64,000 bases of DNA from Anaerovoracaceae bacterium (GTDB taxonomy: Bacteria; Bacillota; Clostridia; Peptostreptococcales; Anaerovoracaceae), in contig JAWRIG010000024.1 in assembly GCA_040308005.1 (NCBI GenBank), positions 1,429 through 65,428 of the forward strand, in the 5' to 3' direction. Shown in pieces: positions 9,468 through 18,573 of this stretch; the first letter of the stretch is position 1; each line of letters begins with the position of its first letter. Made by a program: the position numbers and the translations under genes. The notes under the pieces are model-generated. The model made no database searches, had not been told where the DNA came from, and saw only the letters and a list, made by a program, of their open reading frames with translations.

Positions 9468-10997
9468 ATGTTCAGCAGAATACATACTGCGGTGTGCAGG
9501 GGCATTGAAGGCATGGATGTCTATGTGGAGACGGATATAGCTAGGGGACTTCCCGGCATATACATAGTCGGCCTCGCATCGACAATGGTCATGGAGTCAA
9601 GAGAGCGCATCAAGAGCGCCATACTGAATTCAGACCTTGAATACCCGAGAGGCAGGATAACAGTGAACCTAACGCCGGCAAGCCTCAGAAAGAACGGAAG
9701 CGGCCTTGACCTTCCTATAGCTATAGGCATTCTTTCTTCTTATTTATATGTAGACCAGAACCGAGCAGCAGAGTACGGCATAGTAGGAGAGCTCTCTCTT
9801 GAAGGCGCCGTCCTTGGTATAAGCGGAGTCCTTCCGATGGTCCTGTGCATGAAGAAGTCGGGACTTCGCAAGATGATAATTCCGGCAGACAATGTGATCG
9901 AGGCTTCGCTTGTAAGCGGCGTAGAGCTATACCCGGTAAGGAGCCTCGCCGAATGCGTGAAGCTCATTAACAGCGGCGGCAGTTCAGGCGAGGAGAGGGC
10001 AGCAGTTTACGACTGCCAACCTGTAGAAGACACGGATTACCAAGCAGGCGACTTTGCAGATATCTGCGGTCAGGAGAATGCCAAGAGAGCCCTTACTATA
10101 GCGGTAACAGGACGTCACGGTATACTAATGGTTGGAAGCCCGGGCTGCGGCAAGACTATGCTGGCAAGCAGGCTTCCCGGGATAATGCCTCCCATGACAG
10201 AAGAAGAGCGCATAGAGACCGCAGTGATATATTCAGCTGCGGGAAAGACCAATATCGGCGGGGTAATACCACGCGCAAGGCCTTTTCGCAATCCTCACTG
10301 CACAATAGGAAGAGCAGGGCTTGTCGGAGGAGGCAGCATACCTGTTCCCGGCGAGATAACACTTGCGCATAACGGAGTGCTTTTCATGGACGAAGTGTGC
10401 GAGTACGATACTGCAGCGATCGAAGCACTCAGGACACCTATAGAAGAGAAGAAGAAAGTTCACTTCAGAAAGGGGGACACATATGTTTTTCCCTGCGACT
10501 TTCAGCTCGTGATGGCAGCCAATCCATGCCCGTGCGGATTCTTCGGGGACAGCACAAGGATGTGTAAGTGCACCGAGGCGCAGCTTGACAAATACAGAAA
10601 GAAGCTCAGCGGGCCCATGATGGACAGGATAGATATGCGTATCAGCATGGAGAAGGTTGAATATGAAGAGCTGAGAGCAGCACGGAGTAAAGAGATAAGC
10701 ACCAACGATCTGAAGCGTGACGTGGAGCGCGGACTCAGGTTCTCACACGAACACGGCAGGAATATATACAATGCATGCCTCAGCGAAAGCGAGACAGAGA
10801 AATACTGCGTGCTAGGATATGCCGAAGAGCGGTTTATGAAGAGGGCCTATGACGCGCTCAAGATGACACCGAGATCGTATAAGAAAACACTCAAGGTAGC
10901 CAGGACCATAGCGGACATGGCAGAGAGCGAATATATACATGAAGAGCATCTTGCAGAGGCACTCAGTTACAGGATGCTTGATGTTGTTAACGAATAA
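9468..10997 (+). CDS. comM: YifB/ComM-family Mg-chelatase-like AAA+ ATPase
   Basis: N-terminal Lon-protease-like ChlI domain (GLDLPIAIGIL). Walker A GSPGCGKTMLA, GVLFMDE, and the ANPCPCG motif. The yraN-comM-dprA gene order is typical. Confidence 0.9.
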   Translation: MFSRIHTAVCRGIEGMDVYVETDIARGLPGIYIVGLASTMVMESRERIKSAILNSDLEYPRGRITVNLTPASLRKNGSGLDLPIAIGILSSYLYVDQNRAAEYGIVGELSLEGAVLGISGVLPMVLCMKKSGLRKMIIPADNVIEASLVSGVELYPVRSLAECVKLINSGGSSGEERAAVYDCQPVEDTDYQAGDFADICGQENAKRALTIAVTGRHGILMVGSPGCGKTMLASRLPGIMPPMTEEERIETAVIYSAAGKTNIGGVIPRARPFRNPHCTIGRAGLVGGGSIPVPGEITLAHNGVLFMDEVCEYDTAAIEALRTPIEEKKKVHFRKGDTYVFPCDFQLVMAANPCPCGFFGDSTRMCKCTEAQLDKYRKKLSGPMMDRIDMRISMEKVEYEELRAARSKEISTNDLKRDVERGLRFSHEHGRNIYNACLSESETEKYCVLGYAEERFMKRAYDALKMTPRSYKKTLKVARTIADMAESEYIHEEHLAEALSYRMLDVVNE

Positions 10998-11009
10998 GGT
11001 TCACGCAAA

Positions 11010-11870
11010 ATGTTAAGAAAGATACAACGAATCGACATCAATTCTTCAGAATATCCTGCAAGACTTAGGGATATACCTGATCCGCCGCGGCAGCTTTACT
11101 GCGCAGGCGACATATCTTTACTTCACGATGACTCGGTGGCTGTTGTCGGCTCGAGGAAGTATACGCTCTATGGCAAAACAGTCGCGGGCATGGTAGGCAG
11201 GCGCCTTGGCGAGTGCAAAGTCACGGTAGTGTCCGGACTTGCGTACGGCATCGATGCATTTGCCCATGAGGGTGCGCTGGATGCCGGCGGCAAGGTCATT
11301 GGAGTTCTCGCGAGCGGCCTTAACCGCATGAGCCCGAAGAGGAATTACGGACTTATGAAGAGGGGCCTTGAGATGGGAGGCCTGGTTCTTAGTGAATATG
11401 AGCCTGATGAGCCTGCAGAGAAGTACAAGTATCCTCAGCGTAACAGGATAATAAGCGGCCTTGCAGTATGCACTGCAGTAATTGAGGCTAATGTAAACAG
11501 CGGCTCTCTCATAACCGCTCAGCATGCGACAGAGCAGGGGCGGCCTGTTTATGCAGTGCCCGGGAATATCAACAGCCAGTTCAGCATAGGATGCAACCTC
11601 CTGATAAGAGACGGCGCCTTTCCGCTTGTTGTCATAGATGATCTTGTACGCGCCGCAGGAAAGGACCCGGCATCAAAGGAGGAGACTGAAGGCAGGATGG
11701 GAGCTGACGAGAAGGCTGTATATGATGCCGCCGCAAGGTACAACGGGGCACCACTCGACAGGCTTGCAGAGGACACTAAGATGAGCGCTTCAAGCCTCAA
11801 TGCGATAGTCACGGTGATGGAGATAAAAGGCTTCATCAGCACATACGCAGGCAAGGTATATATTAACTGA
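11010..11870 (+). CDS. dprA: DNA-processing protein DprA (Smf)
   Basis: VAVVGSRKYTLYGK, VVSGLAYGIDAFAHEGAL, NRIISGL, GSLITA, AVPGNI - the canonical DprA Rossmann-fold motifs. It lies upstream of topA, as in many Firmicutes. Confidence 0.9.
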   Translation: MLRKIQRIDINSSEYPARLRDIPDPPRQLYCAGDISLLHDDSVAVVGSRKYTLYGKTVAGMVGRRLGECKVTVVSGLAYGIDAFAHEGALDAGGKVIGVLASGLNRMSPKRNYGLMKRGLEMGGLVLSEYEPDEPAEKYKYPQRNRIISGLAVCTAVIEANVNSGSLITAQHATEQGRPVYAVPGNINSQFSIGCNLLIRDGAFPLVVIDDLVRAAGKDPASKEETEGRMGADEKAVYDAAARYNGAPLDRLAEDTKMSASSLNAIVTVMEIKGFISTYAGKVYIN

Positions 11871-11957
11871 TTGAAATTTTTAGTTGCAAAATGGTATATG
11901 TAATAGTAAAGTAGTTCTCCGAAAGGAAAATTCACATATATATAAGGAAGAAAACAT

Positions 11958-14117
11958 ATGGCAACAGCTGCTAGAGCAACAACAGCAAAGAAAGAAACAG
12001 CGAAAAAGAGTACTTCTGCCAAGAAGACGGCTGCCAAGAAGACTGCAAAGAAAAAGGCGCCTGACAAGACACTTCTCATTGTCGAGTCTCCGTCCAAGGC
12101 CAAGATCATCAGCAAGTACCTCGGCTCGAAATACAAAGTCCTGGCTTCGGTCGGACACGTCAGAGACCTGCCTAAGAGCAGGCTCGGTGTTGACGTAGAG
12201 AATAATTTTGAGCCGGAATATATAAACATCCGCGGCAAGGCGGACACTATCAAGGAACTCAAGAAGGAAGCCCAGTTGGCTAAGAAAGTCCTTCTCGCAA
12301 CCGACCCGGACCGTGAAGGAGAGGCTATTTCATGGCACATCGCATATCTGCTCGGACTCGATGAGAACGCTGACTGCAGAGTCATGTTCAACGAGATCAA
12401 CAAGCAGACCGTGCAGGAGTCCATCAAGGACCCTAAGCCAATAAACCTTGCACTCGTAGATGCCCAGCAGGCGAGAAGAGTCCTTGACAGACTTGTAGGC
12501 TACCAGATTAGCCCGCTCCTGTGGGAGAAGGTATCAAGAGGCCTTTCCGGAGGACGTGTGCAGTCTGCAGCGCTCAAGCTCATCTGCGACAGAGAGAATG
12601 AGATAAACGCATTTGTGCCTGAAGAGTACTGGTACATCGCAGCCGATTTCGGCAAGGGCTTCGTAGCAGAGCTCAGCAAGATAGGCGGCAAGAAGGCCAA
12701 AGTCACTTCGGCTGAGCAGACTGAAGTAATCAAAACTGAACTTGACGGTGGCAGATATACCGTTAAGTCGATCAAGGAAGGCAAGAGGCAGACAAGGCCG
12801 TATGCGCCTTTCACAACTTCAAGCCTCCAGCAGGAAGCTTCCATCAGACTCGGATTCCAGACAGCAAGGACCATGCAGATAGCCCAGCAGCTCTATGAAG
12901 GAGTCAACCTCAAGGGCATCGGAGCAAGAGGTCTTGTCACATACATCCGTACCGACTCAGTCAGAGTATCCGACCAGGCAAGAGGCATGGCGAGAGGATA
13001 CATCAGCGATAAGTACGGAGCAGAGTATACAGCCAACAATAATTTTGCCAACAGAAACAAGGCCATGCAGGATGCACACGAGGCCATCAGACCTTCAGAC
13101 ATCTCGCTTGAGCCTGATATGATCAAGGACTCGCTGACTGCAGAGCAGTTCAAGCTCTATGACCTCATCTGGAGAAGATTCGTCGCTTCACAGATGGCAG
13201 CAGCACAGTTCGATACAGTTACCGTAGACATTGAAAACGGAAAGTACGAATTCAGGGCCAACGGCTCGAGAATGACCTTCGACGGCTGGCGCAAAGTGTA
13301 CAAGAGCCAGGCGAATGATAATGAGGTCACAATACCTAAGATCAGTGAGGGAGACCTGCTTGAACTCGTCAAGCTCATCACTGAGCAGAAGTTCACCCAG
13401 CCTCCTGCAAGATACACCGAGGCAAGCCTTGTCAAGGAGATGGAAGAGAAGAACATCGGAAGGCCGAGTACTTACGCTTCGATTATCTCGGTGCTGATCA
13501 CACGCCGCTACGTCAAGAGGCTCAAGAAGAGCCTCCAGCCAACCAAGCTTGGGTTTGACGTCATCGGCATACTTCAGGAATACTTCTCGGATATCGTGGA
13601 TGTCGAATTCACAGGAGAGATGGAAGACAAGCTCGACAGCATAGAGCTCGGCGACGCTGACTGGAAGAGCATCATCGCAGACTTCTACAAGGGATTCAGC
13701 GAAGAACTCAAGAGAGCAGACGCCGAAGTCGAGAGAGTCGAGAAGGAAGTCGTCCTCTCCGATGAGGTGTGCGAGCTCTGCGGCAGGCCGATGGCCATCA
13801 AAGAGGGAAGGTTCGGAAGCTTCCTCGCATGCACGGGATATCCTGAGTGCAAGAACACCAAGCCGATCATCAGGACAACCGGTGTCAAGTGCCCTAAGTG
13901 CGGAAAAGACATCGTTGAGAAGAGAGGCAGGAAGTCGGGCAAAGTCTTCTACGGCTGCAGCGGCTATCCTGAATGCGACGTCTCTTACTGGGACAAGCCT
14001 GTAGGCAGGATGTGCCCTGACTGCGGCTCGATGCTGGTCGAGAGCAAGGGAAGAAGCGCCGGCGTAAAGTGCTCCAACCCTGAGTGCAAATACAGAGAGA
14101 AAGGACAGAAAGAATGA
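11958..14117 (+). CDS. topA: DNA topoisomerase I (type IA) with a Lys/Ala-rich N-terminal tail and three C-terminal Cys4 zinc ribbons
   Basis: [17 protein letters not shown] and [12 protein letters not shown]. Active-site region [10 protein letters not shown]. Zinc ribbons CELCGRP...[16 protein letters not shown]...CSGYPECD and CPDCGS...[18 protein letters not shown]. Confidence 0.95.
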   Translation: MATAARATTAKKETAKKSTSAKKTAAKKTAKKKAPDKTLLIVESPSKAKIISKYLGSKYKVLASVGHVRDLPKSRLGVDVENNFEPEYINIRGKADTIKELKKEAQLAKKVLLATDPDREGEAISWHIAYLLGLDENADCRVMFNEINKQTVQESIKDPKPINLALVDAQQARRVLDRLVGYQISPLLWEKVSRGLSGGRVQSAALKLICDRENEINAFVPEEYWYIAADFGKGFVAELSKIGGKKAKVTSAEQTEVIKTELDGGRYTVKSIKEGKRQTRPYAPFTTSSLQQEASIRLGFQTARTMQIAQQLYEGVNLKGIGARGLVTYIRTDSVRVSDQARGMARGYISDKYGAEYTANNNFANRNKAMQDAHEAIRPSDISLEPDMIKDSLTAEQFKLYDLIWRRFVASQMAAAQFDTVTVDIENGKYEFRANGSRMTFDGWRKVYKSQANDNEVTIPKISEGDLLELVKLITEQKFTQPPARYTEASLVKEMEEKNIGRPSTYASIISVLITRRYVKRLKKSLQPTKLGFDVIGILQEYFSDIVDVEFTGEMEDKLDSIELGDADWKSIIADFYKGFSEELKRADAEVERVEKEVVLSDEVCELCGRPMAIKEGRFGSFLACTGYPECKNTKPIIRTTGVKCPKCGKDIVEKRGRKSGKVFYGCSGYPECDVSYWDKPVGRMCPDCGSMLVESKGRSAGVKCSNPECKYREKGQKE

Positions 14118-14665
14118 TAGAATTTCATGCAACTACTATCTGCTGCGTCAGAAGGCCGGGCGGTGACATCGCAATCGGCGGCGACGGTCAGGTCACAATG
14201 GGCCAGTCGACCATCATGAAAAACGGCGCCAAGAAGGTCAAGAAGATCTATAAAGACAAAGTCCTTACGGGATTTGCCGGCTCGGTCGCAGATGCCTTCA
14301 ATCTGACAGAAAAATTCGAAAACAAGCTGGGAGAGCACTCCGGCAACCTCAAGAGAGCAGCAGTAGACCTCGCGCAGTACTGGAGAACAGACAAGGCAAT
14401 GAGGAACCTCGAAGCCCTCATGATAGTCGCAGACGCTGAGGATCTGCTTGTAATATCCGGCAACGGAGAAGTAATAGTACCGGACAAGGACGTAGTAGCC
14501 ATCGGATCAGGCGGCAACTACGCATATTCGGCTGCTGTCGCTTTGTACGAAAACACCGACCTCGATGCAGAGTCGATCGTAAGAAAGTCGCTCGAGATCG
14601 CATCGAACATCTGCGTTTTCACCAACAACAACATCTCAGTTGAAAAGCTCGGGGGGGCAGAATAA
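14114..14665 (+). CDS. hslV: ATP-dependent protease subunit HslV
   Basis: [13 protein letters not shown]...GGDGQVT (N-terminal Thr nucleophile context) and GSGGNYA. The start is set to the ATG at 14114, which overlaps the topA stop (ATGA). The longer ORF from 14084 would lie inside topA. Confidence 0.9.
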   Translation: MIEFHATTICCVRRPGGDIAIGGDGQVTMGQSTIMKNGAKKVKKIYKDKVLTGFAGSVADAFNLTEKFENKLGEHSGNLKRAAVDLAQYWRTDKAMRNLEALMIVADAEDLLVISGNGEVIVPDKDVVAIGSGGNYAYSAAVALYENTDLDAESIVRKSLEIASNICVFTNNNISVEKLGGAE

Positions 14666-16095
14666 TGGCAGACAACATCAAGAACATGACTCCTAAGCAG
14701 ATCGTTGCGGAGCTTGATAAATACATCATCGGCCAGGACGAGGCCAAGAAGTACGTAGCCATCGCACTTCGCAACCGCTACAGACGAAGCCTTTTGTCCG
14801 AGGAGATGAGAGAAGAGATCTCTCCTAAGAACATCCTCATGATGGGACCTACCGGTGTAGGTAAGACCGAGATAGCAAGAAGGCTGGCAAAGCTCATGGA
14901 TGCTCCTTTCGTCAAGGTGGAGGCGACCAAGTTCACAGAGGTCGGCTATGTTGGCCGTGATGTCGATTCCATGATAAGAGACCTCGTCGAAGCCAGCATG
15001 AGACTCAGCAAGCAGAAGAGGATGGATGAGAATTCCGAGATGGCTGAGAAGATAGCAGAGGACATCATCGTCAAGGCTATCATCCCGGGCGGACCTGAGG
15101 AAAAACAGGGAAGCGGCGTGCAGCTCGGAAACATCTTCGGAAACCTCGGCTACAAGACCCAGAGACAGGAATACGAAGAAAAGCAGAAGGCTCAGTACGA
15201 GCAGAGCCAGGAGTATTCAGACATCCAGATGGCAAGAGAGCAGGTAAGAGCGCAGCTCAAGAGCGGAGCGCTCGAAGAGCAGATCATCGAGATCGAAGTC
15301 GACGACATGCCTAAGACCAACCAGCTCGACATGCAGAACGAAGGCATGATAGCCATCGGCAACATCTTCGACAGCATGATGCCTAAGAAGACCAAGCGCA
15401 AGAAGTGCAAGGTCAAGGACGCAAGACGCATCCTCAAAGAGCAGGAAGCCCAGAAGCTGATCGACATGGATCAGGTAACTGACGAGGCACTCCAGAATGC
15501 TGAGCAGAACGGCATCATCTTCATTGATGAGATAGACAAGATCGCAAGCGGCAGCTCGATGAGATCAGGTGCTGACGTATCAAGAGAGGGCGTCCAGAGA
15601 GATATTCTCCCGATAGTCGAGGGAAGCGTTGTAAACACGAAATACGGCCCTGTGAAGACCGACCACATGCTCTTCATAGGAGCAGGCGCTTTTCACGTGT
15701 CCAAGCCGTCAGACCTCATTCCTGAGCTTCAGGGACGTTTCCCGATCAACGTCGAACTCAAGAACCTCGATAAGGAAGACTTCAAGAAGATCCTGACCGT
15801 TCCGGAGAACGCTGTTACCAAGCAGCAGAAAGCCCTGCTTGAGACAGAAGGCGTGCACGTCGAGTTCACAGAAGACGGAATCGACGAGATCGCACACCTT
15901 GCATACCTCATGAACGAAGAGACCGAAAACATCGGAGCAAGAAGACTTCACACCATCCTTGAGATACTCCTCGAGGACATCAGCTATAACCTGCCAGACC
16001 CTGAACTGACAGAAGTCGTGGTCGACAGAGCGATGGTGCAGGAGAAGCTGCATGAGAAGATCAAGGAAGTAGATGTAGACAGGTATATTCTGTAA
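14665..16095 (+). CDS. hslU: ATP-dependent protease ATPase subunit HslU
   Basis: MTPKQIVAELDKYIIGQDEAK, Walker A GPTGVGKTEIARRLA, Walker B GIIFIDEIDKI, sensor GAGAFH, and a long I-domain. Its start overlaps the hslV stop. Confidence 0.95.
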   Translation: MADNIKNMTPKQIVAELDKYIIGQDEAKKYVAIALRNRYRRSLLSEEMREEISPKNILMMGPTGVGKTEIARRLAKLMDAPFVKVEATKFTEVGYVGRDVDSMIRDLVEASMRLSKQKRMDENSEMAEKIAEDIIVKAIIPGGPEEKQGSGVQLGNIFGNLGYKTQRQEYEEKQKAQYEQSQEYSDIQMAREQVRAQLKSGALEEQIIEIEVDDMPKTNQLDMQNEGMIAIGNIFDSMMPKKTKRKKCKVKDARRILKEQEAQKLIDMDQVTDEALQNAEQNGIIFIDEIDKIASGSSMRSGADVSREGVQRDILPIVEGSVVNTKYGPVKTDHMLFIGAGAFHVSKPSDLIPELQGRFPINVELKNLDKEDFKKILTVPENAVTKQQKALLETEGVHVEFTEDGIDEIAHLAYLMNEETENIGARRLHTILEILLEDISYNLPDPELTEVVVDRAMVQEKLHEKIKEVDVDRYIL

Positions 16096-16103
16096 TTGAT
16101 CAC

Positions 16104-16733
16104 ATGTTACTGTATAAATCAATTTGCGAATATGGCGAAGCTGAATACGTTATAGAGAAGTCCAGGTTCATAGCTCACGCTATGCCTGTGACTTCTTTGG
16201 ATGAGGCTAAGGACTATGTCGCTTCCGTAAAAGAGGAGTACAGGGATGCCACTCACAATGTTCCTGCGATCATCTGCGGTCCCAAGCAGGAGATACAGTG
16301 GGCAAGTGATGACGGGGAGCCTTCGGGCACCTCGGGTCTTCCGATGCTCAAGCTCATAGCCGGCGAAGGACTCACCAATCTCGCTGTAGTGGTAACAAGA
16401 TACTTCGGCGGCATAAAACTCGGCACAGGGGGCCTTGCAAGGGCATATACGGCAGCCTGCAAACTCGGTCTTGATGCAGCCGGCATCTGCGACGTCATGG
16501 AGAGCACTCTCATACGATATGAGTTCGACTATTCATATCTCAGCAAACTGCAGAACCTCGCCTCAGGCGGAAATTTTGAGCTTACAGACCCAGAATACTC
16601 TGATGTGGTCAGAGCAGGGCTGAGATGCCTTTCAGAGGACGAGGGGGAGATTAAGGGTATCATGACCAATCTCACAAGCGGCCAGGCGAAGATCCTGTCA
16701 GAAGAGAAGGGGATAATCAGGGTAAGAATCTGA
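16104..16733 (+). CDS. yigZ: YigZ-family (IMPACT/UPF0029) protein
   Basis: EYVIEKSRFIAHA...ATHNVPA...DDGEPSGTSGLPML...VVVTRYFGGIKLGTGGLARAY matches the conserved YigZ/IMPACT N-terminal domain. A C-terminal DUF1949-like part is also present. Confidence 0.85.
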   Translation: MLLYKSICEYGEAEYVIEKSRFIAHAMPVTSLDEAKDYVASVKEEYRDATHNVPAIICGPKQEIQWASDDGEPSGTSGLPMLKLIAGEGLTNLAVVVTRYFGGIKLGTGGLARAYTAACKLGLDAAGICDVMESTLIRYEFDYSYLSKLQNLASGGNFELTDPEYSDVVRAGLRCLSEDEGEIKGIMTNLTSGQAKILSEEKGIIRVRI

Positions 16734-16985
16734 TTATATTCCAGGCGTTCATAGGCCAAACATTATGATGCAAGGTATTAGTCCTCAAGGAAAAGGGAAG
16801 AATACTATTCTAGAGCTACCACATAATATAGTAATCCCCAATATGGATTGATTATTTTACAGAACTTGATATTATATACATACAAGAGTAGCTCAACCCA
16901 CTGCTGGAATTGGCGGAGGGCCCAGAGCTCATTCTTTTTGTAAATTGGCACAAATATTATCCCTAAAAATTAGTTCAAATTTTGA

Positions 16986-17014
16986 TTGACACGCTAGTAG
17001 TGCTGTGCTAATAT
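16986..17014 (+). promoter_or_regulatory. Sigma-A-type promoter of the tRNA array
   Basis: TTGACA (16986-16991), a 17-nt spacer, then TAATAT (17009-17014) preceded by a TGn extended -10. It sits about 22 nt upstream of the first tRNA. Confidence 0.6.
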
Positions 17015-17036
17015 AATGGGGCGTCAAAAAAGAGAC

Positions 17037-17112
17037 GGACGCATAGCTCAGCTGGGAGAGCACCTGCCTTACAAGCAGGGGGTCATAGGTTCGAGCCCTA
17101 TTGCGTCCACCA
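17037..17112 (+). tRNA. tRNA-Val: tRNA-Val (anticodon UAC)
   Basis: Acceptor stem GGACGCA/TGCGTCC, anticodon loop CTTACAA, T-loop GGTTCGAGCC, encoded CCA. Confidence 0.95.
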
Positions 17113-17118
17113 CATGAT

Positions 17119-17195
17119 GGCCGGGTAGTTCAGCTGGTTAGAATGCCAGCCTGTCACGCTGGAGGTCGACGGTTCGAGCCCGTTCCCGGTCGCCA
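17119..17195 (+). tRNA. tRNA-Asp: tRNA-Asp (anticodon GUC)
   Basis: Acceptor stem GGCCGGG/CCCGGTC, anticodon loop CTGTCAC, T-loop GGTTCGAGCC, encoded CCA. Confidence 0.95.
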
Positions 17196-17198
17196 TTT

Positions 17199-17273
17199 GC
17201 TGATGTGGCTCAACGGTAGAGCAGCTGATTTGTAATCAGCAGGTTGGGGGTTCGATTCCCTCCATCAGCTCCA
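17199..17273 (+). tRNA. tRNA-Thr: tRNA-Thr (anticodon UGU)
   Basis: Acceptor stem GCTGATG/CATCAGC, anticodon stem GCTGA/TCAGC with loop TTTGTAA, encoded CCA. Confidence 0.95.
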
Positions 17274-17311
17274 AGGTATTCGGAAAGATGCAAGTTATTT
17301 TAAAAAAGTAC

Positions 17312-17340
17312 TTGCATCTTCCGAACGAAAATTCCATAAT
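17312..17340 (+). promoter_or_regulatory. Candidate internal promoter inside the tRNA array, preceded by a long hairpin at 17281-17325
   Basis: TTGCAT (17312-17317), a 17-nt spacer, then CATAAT (17335-17340). The -35 lies in the 3' arm of the hairpin GGAAAGATGCAAGT...ACTTGCATCTTCC within the 116-nt Thr-Tyr spacer. Confidence 0.35.
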
Positions 17341-17389
17341 ATGAGTTGTCAGTTTTGCCGGTTCCCAACTCCGGTGAGATATACAATAT

Positions 17390-17474
17390 CGAGGGATTCC
17401 CGAGTGGCCAAAGGGGGCGGACTGTAAATCCGTTAGCTCAGCTTTCGATGGTTCGAATCCATCTCCCTCGACCA
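17390..17474 (+). tRNA. tRNA-Tyr: tRNA-Tyr (anticodon GUA), long variable arm
   Basis: Acceptor stem CGAGGGA/TCCCTCG, anticodon loop CTGTAAA, variable arm, T-loop GGTTCGAATCC, encoded CCA. Confidence 0.9.
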
Positions 17475-17480
17475 ATATGT

Positions 17481-17555
17481 GCGGAAGTGGCTCAGGGGTA
17501 GAGCATCGCCTTGCCAAGGCGAGGGTCGCGAGTTCGAATCTCGTCTTCCGCTCCA
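17481..17555 (+). tRNA. tRNA-Gly: tRNA-Gly (anticodon GCC)
   Basis: Acceptor stem GCGGAAG/CTTCCGC, anticodon loop TTGCCAA, encoded CCA. Confidence 0.95.
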
Positions 17556-17560
17556 CTTAT

Positions 17561-17634
17561 GCGGATGTAGTTCAATGGTAGAACTTCAGCCTTCCAAGCT
17601 GATAGCGTGAGTTCGATTCTCATCATCCGCTCCA
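17561..17634 (+). tRNA. tRNA-Gly: tRNA-Gly (anticodon UCC)
   Basis: Acceptor stem GCGGATG/CATCCGC, anticodon loop CTTCCAA, encoded CCA. Confidence 0.95.
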
Positions 17635-17663
17635 TTTTTTTAAAACACATAGTTGGGCATCGT

Positions 17664-17740
17664 GGGTCCATAGCTCAGTTGGATAGAGCAACGGCCTTCT
17701 AAGCCGTGTGTCCGGGGTTCGAATCCCTGTGGGCTCACCA
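17664..17740 (+). tRNA. tRNA-Arg: tRNA-Arg (anticodon UCU)
   Basis: Acceptor stem GGGTCCA/TGGGCTC (with G-U pairs), anticodon stem ACGGC/GCCGT with loop CTTCTAA, encoded CCA. Confidence 0.9.
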
Positions 17741-17775
17741 TTTTTTTTACTACGGTTTGACGACTATCCTGTTAA

Positions 17776-17850
17776 TGGGGTATAGCCAAGCGGTAAGGCA
17801 ACAGACTTTGACTCTGTCATTCGTAGGTTCGAGTCCTGCTACCCCAGCCA
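17776..17850 (+). tRNA. tRNA-Gln: tRNA-Gln (anticodon UUG)
   Basis: Acceptor stem TGGGGTA/TACCCCA, anticodon loop CTTTGAC, encoded CCA. Confidence 0.9.
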
Positions 17851-17855
17851 GTTGT

Positions 17856-17931
17856 GACCCATTAGCTCAGGCGGTAGAGCACTTGACTTTTAATCAAGGT
17901 GTCCGGAGTTCGAGTCTCCGATGGGTCACCA
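17856..17931 (+). tRNA. tRNA-Lys: tRNA-Lys (anticodon UUU)
   Basis: Acceptor stem GACCCAT/ATGGGTC, anticodon stem CTTGA/TCAAG with loop CTTTTAA, encoded CCA. Confidence 0.95.
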
Positions 17932-17955
17932 ATTCACTTACCTGGCTGACGGTGT

Positions 17956-18044
<89 letters not shown>

Positions 18045-18075
18045 AGATCATTTGGTGAAACGTTTACACAGCTAT

Positions 18076-18167
18076 GGAGAAGTACTCAAGTGGCTGAAGA
18101 GGACGGTTTGCTAAACCGTTAGTGTTCGATAAGGGCAGCATGGGTTCGAATCCCATCTTCTCCGCCA
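18076..18167 (+). tRNA. tRNA-Ser: tRNA-Ser (anticodon GCU), long variable arm
   Basis: Acceptor stem GGAGAAG/CTTCTCC, anticodon stem ACGGT/ACCGT with loop TTGCTAA, long variable arm, encoded CCA. Confidence 0.95.
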
Positions 18168-18174
18168 TCATTAT

Positions 18175-18250
18175 AGGGGTATAGCTCAGTTGGTAGAGCA
18201 GCGGTCTCCAAAACCGCGTGCCGTGGGTTCAAGTCCTACTGCCCCTGCCA
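18175..18250 (+). tRNA. tRNA-Trp: tRNA-Trp (anticodon CCA)
   Basis: Acceptor stem AGGGGTA/TGCCCCT, anticodon stem GCGGT/ACCGC with loop CTCCAAA, encoded CCA. Confidence 0.95.
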
Positions 18251-18275
18251 ATTTACTAGAGATAAGTTAATACTT

Positions 18276-18352
18276 CGGGGTGTAGCGCAGTTTGGTAGCG
18301 CAACTGGTTTGGGACCAGTGGGCCGCGGGTTCAAATCCTGCCACCCCGACCA
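18276..18352 (+). tRNA. tRNA-Pro: tRNA-Pro (anticodon UGG)
   Basis: Acceptor stem CGGGGTG/CACCCCG, anticodon stem ACTGG/CCAGT with loop TTTGGGA, encoded CCA. Confidence 0.95.
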
Positions 18353-18369
18353 TTTTTTCTCAAACTTGT

Positions 18370-18445
18370 GGGCCATTAGCTCAGAGGTTAGAGCAACCGG
18401 CTCATAACCGGTCGGTCCTTGGTTCGACCCCAAGATGGCCCACCA
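18370..18445 (+). tRNA. tRNA-Ile2/Met: tRNA with a CAU anticodon: probably lysidine-type tRNA-Ile2, alternatively elongator tRNA-Met
   Basis: Acceptor stem GGGCCAT/ATGGCCC, anticodon stem ACCGG/CCGGT with loop CTCATAA. It is not an initiator, because the anticodon stem has no three consecutive G-C pairs and positions 1:72 are paired. The loop context CTCATAA and the D-arm TTAGCTCAG..GGTTAGAGCA resemble Bacillus tRNA-Ile2(CAT). Confidence 0.85.
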
Positions 18446-18453
18446 TCATATAT

Positions 18454-18529
18454 GCCCAGATAGCTCAGTTGGTAGAGCAGGAGACTGAAAATCTCCGTGT
18501 CCTTGGTTCAATTCCGAGTCTGGGCACCA
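18454..18529 (+). tRNA. tRNA-Phe: tRNA-Phe (anticodon GAA)
   Basis: Acceptor stem GCCCAGA/TCTGGGC, anticodon stem GGAGA/TCTCC with loop CTGAAAA, encoded CCA. Confidence 0.95.
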
Positions 18530-18530
18530 C

Positions 18531-18563
18531 CTAAGATCCTGATAGAAGTTAGGATCTTTTTTC
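18531..18563 (+). terminator. Intrinsic terminator closing the tRNA array
   Basis: AAGATCC (18533-18539) pairs with GGATCTT (18552-18558), followed by a T-run. Confidence 0.8.
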
Positions 18564-18573
18564 ATGTCTTATG

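Noticed and set aside
11549-14132. Long antisense ORFs opposite dprA and topA (11549-12427, 13188-14132). The same applies to ORFs opposite other housekeeping or adhesin genes, for example 267-785, 2522-3052, 54281-55000 and 58330-58965.
   Set aside because: The sense-strand genes have unambiguous family motifs. The antisense translations have no recognisable motifs, RBSs or plausible composition.
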